This document shows positions 58,340 to 64,000 of a stretch of 64,000 nt of DNA, piece by piece; position 1 is the stretch's first letter; each line of letters begins with the position of its first letter. Both the position numbers and the translations under genes were made by a program. Origin of the DNA: Patescibacteria group bacterium. GTDB taxonomy: Bacteria; Patescibacteriota; Microgenomatia; Levybacterales; UBA12049. The notes beneath the pieces were generated by a model that worked only from the letters and a program-made list of their open reading frames with translations, did not search any database and was not told the origin of the DNA. The stretch spans positions 3,569 through 67,568 of the forward strand of contig DASYZL010000011.1 in assembly GCA_035946335.1 (NCBI GenBank), given 5' to 3'.

Positions 58340-58996
58340 TTATGCATGGTGAATAATTTTAGCAAACGATTGAGGAGAAAGACTCGCTCCCCCAACCAAT
58401 ACACCACCAATAGACAGTAAGCGGGAGAATTGCATAACGTCTTCACCAGTGACACTTCCCCCGTAGAGTATATATGATACCGCATATCTCTGTTTGATGG
58501 AATGTGCTATTTCTTCAACAGCATTTGGGTTAGCAGGGTGGCCACTGCCGATCGCAAAAAGTGGTTCATAGGCAACAATCGTGACAAGTTTTGGGATCGG
58601 TTGTGTCTCAGTGGAAACACAGTAAATCGGCGTGAGTCCATGAGCAAGCGCGAGAGTAACTTTCTGCTGTAACTGCTCATCTGTTTCGTGGTGGAGTTGT
58701 CTGGTCTCAGAGTGTCCAATGATGACATATTCGACAAAATCTTTCAGTGTTCGCGCACTCACCTCGCCTGTATATGCACCTTCTTCATGGGGCGAAACGG
58801 TTTGGCTGCCAAGGGTAATGGGTAAATGGTGCTCTGCGATATATGATTTGCAAAATGCAAGCAAAGGGAATGGAGGACAGAGAATGACCGTATGGGTTGT
58901 CTGATACAGAAGCGGAGTAAATGTCTGAAGCCAAAGCTGTGCCTCGCTTTGTGTTTTGTGTGACTTCCAGTTTGCAACAAAGAGCTGTTTTCTCAT
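58340..58996 (-). CDS. tpiA: Triosephosphate isomerase.
   Basis: LFVANWKSHKT (N-terminal catalytic Lys region), VIIGHSETR (catalytic His) and AYEPLFAIGSG (catalytic Glu plus loop-6 motif). Start set at MRKQ. Confidence 0.85.
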   Translation of the reverse strand: MRKQLFVANWKSHKTQSEAQLWLQTFTPLLYQTTHTVILCPPFPLLAFCKSYIAEHHLPITLGSQTVSPHEEGAYTGEVSARTLKDFVEYVIIGHSETRQLHHETDEQLQQKVTLALAHGLTPIYCVSTETQPIPKLVTIVAYEPLFAIGSGHPANPNAVEEIAHSIKQRYAVSYILYGGSVTGEDVMQFSRLLSIGGVLVGGASLSPQSFAKIIHHA

Positions 58997-59026
58997 ATGA
59001 TACAATGACGATACTTTTCATTATAC

Positions 59027-60847
59027 ATGGCACAAAGTTCACTTCTCAACACACTAAATCCGGAGCAAAAAGAAGCAGTTTTGACAACTGAAGGGACGAC
59101 AATTATTTTGGCAGGTGCAGGAAGCGGGAAAACACGGGTGTTAACGTATAAAGTATGGTATCTTATCCAAGAAAAACATGTTGATCCCGCCCACATCATT
59201 TGCCTCACATTTACCAATAAGGCAGCACAGGAAATGAAAGATCGGGTCGATGCCATGCTTGAAGGTACAGATAAGCCGCTTATTACGACATTCCATTCCT
59301 TATGTGCTCGTATCTTACGAAAAGACGGACAACGGGTTGGTCTTTCTCCGTCATTTGTCATTTATGATTCGCTTGACCAGCTTGATGTAGTGAAAGAAGC
59401 ACTGGGAGAACTTGGGCTCAACCCGAAAGAATACAAACCAGGAACCTTGCGTGCGATGATCAGTAGCGCAAAAAACGAACTGATAACACCAGATCAATAT
59501 GCAGGTTTTGCCAGAGGTCATTTTCAAGAAGTAGCAGCACGTGTCTACAAGCGTTATCAAGTGCTCCTCAGCCAAAATAATGCCGTTGATTTCGATGATT
59601 TATTGCTTTTGACAGTACGATTGTTCCAGGAGCATGCACCGGTACTTGAAAAATACCAGGAACAATTTCATTACATTCTTGTCGATGAGTATCAAGATAC
59701 GAATAAAGCCCAGTATCATTTGACAAAACTCTTAGGAGAAAGATGGAAAAATATTTGCGTTGTCGGTGATTTTTCCCAAAGTATTTACTCATGGCGGGGC
59801 GCTGATTTTCAGAACCTGTCAAAATTTACCCGCGATTTTTCTGGTACACAAACGCTCAAACTTTCCCAAAACTACCGTTCAACGCAAAAAATTCTCGATG
59901 CAGCAAGCGCAGTTATTTCCCACAACACGACGCATCCGGTATTGTCTTTATGGACTGAGAATCCTGACGGAGAAGATGTACTCATCTATGAGGCGCGTAA
60001 CGAACAGGAAGAGGTGACATATATTGTTAATTTCCTTCAACAAAACGGGAGCGATAACTTATCGGGTGTTGCTGTATTATACCGAACAAATGCGCAGTCA
60101 CGGGTTGTTGAAGAAGTATTATTGCATTTTGGTATTCCCTATACATTAGTTGGTGGTACACGGTTCTACGAAAGGAAAGAAATCAAGGATGTGCTTGCCT
60201 ATCTTCGCCTGCTTGTCAATCCAAAAGATATGGTTTCATACAAGCGGATCGAGAAATTGGGCAAGGGGCGATTAGGAAAATTCATTGAACTGCAAGGCGA
60301 GATAGATGATACGTCTTCAGATGTAACATTAGATTTTCTTGATATGGTTATGCAGCGAACTGGTTATCTCGAGCTATATGATGAAAATGATGAAGAGGAT
60401 AGAATTCGGCTGGAAAATATCAGGGAGTTACGTTCTGTTGCTACAACATTTCCAAATCTACAACAGTTTTTGGAAAATGTTTCCCTGGTTGAGCAGGAAT
60501 ATATACCGCAAACACCGTTAGGAGAAAAACGCAACGCATTAACGTTAATGACATTACATGCGGCAAAAGGATTGGAATTTCCTGTTGTATTTATGATCGG
60601 AATGGAAGAAGGACTATTTCCTCACAGCAGATCATTACTGGAAAAGAATGAATTGGAAGAAGAGAGACGACTCTGCTATGTGGGTATGACTCGGGCGAAG
60701 AAAAAATTATTCTTAACGTATACGCGAAAACGGCTTTTTTTTGGGCAACGTACGGCAAATACTATTTCCCGATTTCTCTTAGAACTCCCGGCAGGCGTTT
60801 TTTCCCAGGAAGAAAAATATACGCTGCATGAGCCAGAATACCTATGA
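59027..60847 (+). CDS. UvrD/PcrA/Rep-family ATP-dependent DNA helicase (compact 606-aa form).
   Basis: Motif I AGAGSGKTRVLT. Also TFTNKAAQEM, the DEYQDTN (DExx) motif II and the VGD.SQSIYSWRGA motif III. C-terminal helicase motifs TLHAAKGLEF...VGMTRAKK are present. Confidence 0.85.
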   Translation: MAQSSLLNTLNPEQKEAVLTTEGTTIILAGAGSGKTRVLTYKVWYLIQEKHVDPAHIICLTFTNKAAQEMKDRVDAMLEGTDKPLITTFHSLCARILRKDGQRVGLSPSFVIYDSLDQLDVVKEALGELGLNPKEYKPGTLRAMISSAKNELITPDQYAGFARGHFQEVAARVYKRYQVLLSQNNAVDFDDLLLLTVRLFQEHAPVLEKYQEQFHYILVDEYQDTNKAQYHLTKLLGERWKNICVVGDFSQSIYSWRGADFQNLSKFTRDFSGTQTLKLSQNYRSTQKILDAASAVISHNTTHPVLSLWTENPDGEDVLIYEARNEQEEVTYIVNFLQQNGSDNLSGVAVLYRTNAQSRVVEEVLLHFGIPYTLVGGTRFYERKEIKDVLAYLRLLVNPKDMVSYKRIEKLGKGRLGKFIELQGEIDDTSSDVTLDFLDMVMQRTGYLELYDENDEEDRIRLENIRELRSVATTFPNLQQFLENVSLVEQEYIPQTPLGEKRNALTLMTLHAAKGLEFPVVFMIGMEEGLFPHSRSLLEKNELEEERRLCYVGMTRAKKKLFLTYTRKRLFFGQRTANTISRFLLELPAGVFSQEEKYTLHEPEYL

Positions 60848-61899
60848 CAGTCAAAACGCTCACGGAAAAGGACAAAACTCTTATCAATGCTTTGGCAACA
60901 CACCCGCTACAGTCTTATGAATGGGGAGAGTTTCGAAAGACAACAGGCGTAAAAGTCATCAGGAAAGGAATATTTGATGAGAAAAAATGTGTTACAGCGT
61001 TTCAAATGACACTTCACCCAATCCCTTATACAAATCTTACGATTGGTTACATTCCCAAAGGAGCCATGCCAACAAGGGAAATGGTTGCAGCAATTCAAGA
61101 AGTAGCAAGAGAAAATAGGTGTATATTTGTGCAGCTTGAGCCGAATGTCTTTGATTCGAAAGAAAATAAGCAAAAACTGTTTGCATTGCATTTGCAGCCA
61201 TCTGCGCATCCATTGTTTACCAGATACACATTCCATCTTAATCTTTCGGAAACGGAAGCAGTATTACTGAACAATATGCATCAGAAAACCCGTTATAACA
61301 TCCGTGTTGCTCAAAAGCATGGTGTTGTTGTCAAAGAAGAAACATCAGACGATGCGTTTGACACATACTGGCGATTAATGGAAGAAACCGCAAAGCGGCA
61401 ACATTTCTATGCTCACACACAAACATACCATGCATTGATGTGGAAAACATTACGAACAAAAATCGCAGATCGTAAACGAGAGGCGGAAAATGGGCTAACG
61501 TCGCATCTGTTTATTGCTTGGTACAAACCAGAAGGACAATCAAAAGCAATTTCCCTTGCTGCATGGATATTATTTATTTTCCATGACACACTGTACTATC
61601 CTTACGGGGCATCAAGCAGCCAATATCGCAATACAATGGCAAGCAATTTAATGATGTGGGAAGCAATCCGGTTTGGAAAAAAAATGGGGTTGAAAAATTT
61701 AGATATGTGGGGGTCTCTTGGAGAAAACCCTGATCAAACCGATCCATGGTACGGATTTCACCGTTTGAAAATGGGATATAATCCGCGCCTTATCACATTT
61801 ATTGGCAGCTACGACTTAGTTATCAATAGACAATTATATATGTTCTATCTTCTTGCAAATAAGCTACGGTGGTTTATATTAGGTTTCTTTCACCCGTAG
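60844..61899 (+). CDS. FemAB-family peptidyltransferase (lipid II peptide-bridge aminoacyltransferase-like).
   Basis: 351 aa. The KTRYNIRVAQKHGV motif and overall GNAT-duplication pattern are typical of FemX/FemAB. Overlaps uvrD by 4 nt. Confidence 0.65.
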   Translation: MTVKTLTEKDKTLINALATHPLQSYEWGEFRKTTGVKVIRKGIFDEKKCVTAFQMTLHPIPYTNLTIGYIPKGAMPTREMVAAIQEVARENRCIFVQLEPNVFDSKENKQKLFALHLQPSAHPLFTRYTFHLNLSETEAVLLNNMHQKTRYNIRVAQKHGVVVKEETSDDAFDTYWRLMEETAKRQHFYAHTQTYHALMWKTLRTKIADRKREAENGLTSHLFIAWYKPEGQSKAISLAAWILFIFHDTLYYPYGASSSQYRNTMASNLMMWEAIRFGKKMGLKNLDMWGSLGENPDQTDPWYGFHRLKMGYNPRLITFIGSYDLVINRQLYMFYLLANKLRWFILGFFHP

Positions 61900-61970
61900 T
61901 TAGCAGGAAGAGAATAAGTGATATTTTTAATAAAATAAATAATTTCCTGATGACAATTTTCTTTGATGCA

Positions 61971-64000
61971 CTACGGTGCAATTTCCTGAAAAAGTGAATT
62001 TGTGTTGCGTGAGGGTTGAGGAAGATTCAAGAGCATATCGACACGATTCGAAACCGTTACTGTTGGACATGAGAGGTCCTGGTTGCAAAGATCCCGTAAC
62101 ATCTGAAAACTTCCCCCTGTATTTACTGCATTCGTAATGACTGCTCCCTGTACATTTAGTTTAAGGTCAAGAGGCTTGCCGGTATTGGCATCACAATGTT
62201 GCCCGATACCATATTGCGACGCAACGATAAACGAGCCATCTGTTGTAAATAAGCCTTCAAGATCCCCGGCAAGTGAGGTTACCGTGTTTTCGCCAACAGT
62301 TGGGGCAACAGTCATATCTCCAGTTGTTGAGAAAATATCCTCAGTACCTGCTGGATCTATAATGCTTCCGTTGAACATGAGTGATCCGTTGATAAGAAAA
62401 ATGTATGCATTTGATGTATTTCCGGAACTTACCGGGAATGTATATGGTGCAGCGTCCATAGAAACCGGTCCTGTCGCTTCATAAACACCAGGCTGAAGAT
62501 TTGCGGGCAGAACACAATCAGACAGCGTACAGTAATTAGAAAGTAGGTTGTAAGGAGTACCGGCACTTTGTATATTTGCTATCAGTGATTCGTATGAGGT
62601 TGCAATAGCATTTTGCATCCGTGGCGAAAATACTTCTCCGTATTGCGTACCGCCAACGATCCAGTTATTTGCATTTGCCGTTCCTCCTCCAAGAGCAGGG
62701 TTTGTGTTACCGGAAAATAATACGCCACTACTGTTGGTACAGGTATTATTCGTTATCGTTGCATAAGGGGCTGATGTTCCGCCACAGTTTGCTGATGATG
62801 GAATAAGATCGGTAAAGCCAAAGCTTGAGTCACTCCTGATATCGGCACAAATACCTTGGAGCCAGTGTTCCTGATTTGTTATACCATAATTAGCGCCAAC
62901 CACATTATCATTTGCATCACACAGCGAGGTATTCGATGAAGTTGTGCAATTGGGGCCCACCGTTAGCGTAAAAATGGATGGTGCGGGATTTGTCAGATAA
63001 TAACTGGGAGGAGGCCCATTGTAGGTAGCGGTATATGTGCCAGCTGGTAAACCGCACTGCGAATATGACCCGTTGGTAATGGGAGCGGTATCGGTTATAG
63101 TTCCTCCATTAGGTACGTTCGTTACGGTAACTGTCTGCGCTGAACCTGTGCCAGCATATAGGGTATCAACGCCAGGATCGTATTTATTATTGGCGTTTAC
63201 ATCAACATAATTAAATCCTGATACACAGTAGGTTTGTACAGGACTATTGATACCAAAATTCGTGTTTGGCGCATTTGCATTACTACTGACACAAATATTC
63301 GTAAGAGGATTCGGACTCGTGGATGTGTATCCTGTGGGTACAACTATGGAAACAGTATAACAGTCAGTCCGCAAATTGATAAGCGAATATGTTCCATCAG
63401 GATAGGTAGTAACGGTATACTGCTTATCAATATTGCCATTAGTGTATGATGTTGCGGTTACGCTTGTGCCACCAGTATAGCCTATTTCGCCGTTGTCAAG
63501 AATGCCATTCCCATCGCTGTCTATGAATACAGTTCCTGAAATAACATTTTCATTTTCATAAATACCAAAATCTACCGTCGCGCCTGAATTCGTGATCGTG
63601 ACACACTGCGGGTCAGTTGAGGTTTCGGTAAAACTGTTTGGTGTTGGTAGCTTTAATGTAACGCACCAGTTTCCGTTTCCCAGACCGGTAATACTGTAAT
63701 TTCCTGAACCATCTGTTTGCCCAGATACTGTCTGGTTTCCTTTCGTTGCCTTAACTGTTGCAGGGCCCTTATTTGTTCCACCTTCCCATCCGTCATACCC
63801 GTACTCACCATAGTCCAGGATGCCGTTTTGGTTAGCATCTAGAAATACTTCACCTGAAATTGTATTTGCCGAAGCTTGTGTATAATATCCTATATCCAGA
63901 TCGTTCACATCATTCGTTGAAGTACAGTTCGCGTCTTTGTTTCCTCCAACATTACATCCAGAACCGGTTTTTACTCTGTATGATGGTGCAATATATCCGT
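61971..64000 (-). CDS. Large secreted surface protein with SdrD B-like / Cna-B-type Ca-binding repeats (partial; the 5' end lies beyond the window).
   Basis: Repeated D-x-N-x-N-G-x-x-D motifs (FLDANQNGILDYGE, FIDSDGNGILDNGE, VDVNANNKYDPG) and a Thr/Gly/Asn-rich beta-rich composition. The reading frame stays open to the window edge. Confidence 0.5.
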   Translation of the reverse strand, partial: GYIAPSYRVKTGSGCNVGGNKDANCTSTNDVNDLDIGYYTQASANTISGEVFLDANQNGILDYGEYGYDGWEGGTNKGPATVKATKGNQTVSGQTDGSGNYSITGLGNGNWCVTLKLPTPNSFTETSTDPQCVTITNSGATVDFGIYENENVISGTVFIDSDGNGILDNGEIGYTGGTSVTATSYTNGNIDKQYTVTTYPDGTYSLINLRTDCYTVSIVVPTGYTSTSPNPLTNICVSSNANAPNTNFGINSPVQTYCVSGFNYVDVNANNKYDPGVDTLYAGTGSAQTVTVTNVPNGGTITDTAPITNGSYSQCGLPAGTYTATYNGPPPSYYLTNPAPSIFTLTVGPNCTTSSNTSLCDANDNVVGANYGITNQEHWLQGICADIRSDSSFGFTDLIPSSANCGGTSAPYATITNNTCTNSSGVLFSGNTNPALGGGTANANNWIVGGTQYGEVFSPRMQNAIATSYESLIANIQSAGTPYNLLSNYCTLSDCVLPANLQPGVYEATGPVSMDAAPYTFPVSSGNTSNAYIFLINGSLMFNGSIIDPAGTEDIFSTTGDMTVAPTVGENTVTSLAGDLEGLFTTDGSFIVASQYGIGQHCDANTGKPLDLKLNVQGAVITNAVNTGGSFQMLRDLCNQDLSCPTVTVSNRVDMLLNLPQPSRNTNSLFQEIAP

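Noticed and set aside
58993-59361. 122-aa minus-strand ORF overlapping the tpiA start and the uvrD start
   Set aside because: It is antisense to uvrD and would force an N-terminally extended tpiA. The canonical TIM N-terminus begins at MRKQLFVANWK.

Overview
The window is a gene-dense, low-GC (~40%) bacterial chromosome segment with short intergenic regions, about 60 predicted genes and 5 tRNAs. Long housekeeping genes are intact under the standard code, so stop-codon reassignment is unlikely. Three lines of evidence make me infer a small-genome Patescibacteria/CPR-like bacterium, though I cannot prove it from sequence alone. First, DnaJ lacks the zinc finger, HrcA is short, and a PHP phosphoesterase sits inside the dnaK operon. 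Second, GT-C and GT2 membrane glycosyltransferases are abundant. Third, there are TrbC/VirB2-like pilin-like genes and many orphan low-complexity proteins.

Recognisable core genes are groES-groEL, hrcA-grpE-dnaK-[PHP]-dnaJ, metG, tatD, tpiA, a uvrD/pcrA helicase, femAB-like, murJ, rpsT, a NUDIX hydrolase and a tlyA-like methyltransferase. Accessory content falls into eight groups:
1. Two polyprenyl-phosphate/GT-C glycosylation clusters (6.1-11.4 kb and 52.2-57.5 kb).
2. Two two-component systems next to carbohydrate enzymes.
3. A PIN/RHH toxin-antitoxin pair.
4. A tRNA-rich region (tRNA-Ser x3, tRNA-Arg x2) bracketing 32.2-39.3 kb, where four large proteins have no motif I can recognise. These are my top candidates for an undescribed system.
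5. A Ser/Thr kinase with an FHA domain, followed by a repeat-containing orphan.
6. A flavin-transfer module: membrane FNR-like reductase, ApbE flavin transferase, and a membrane-anchored FMN-binding protein with an intact flavinylation motif. It resembles the parts of a flavin-based extracellular electron transfer system.
7. PilN/PilO-like genes beside a surface protein with a fibronectin type III (FN3)-like fold and a Thr/Pro-rich stalk.
8. A partial SdrD-B-repeat adhesin at the 3' edge.

I found no CRISPR array, rRNA, integrase or transposase.
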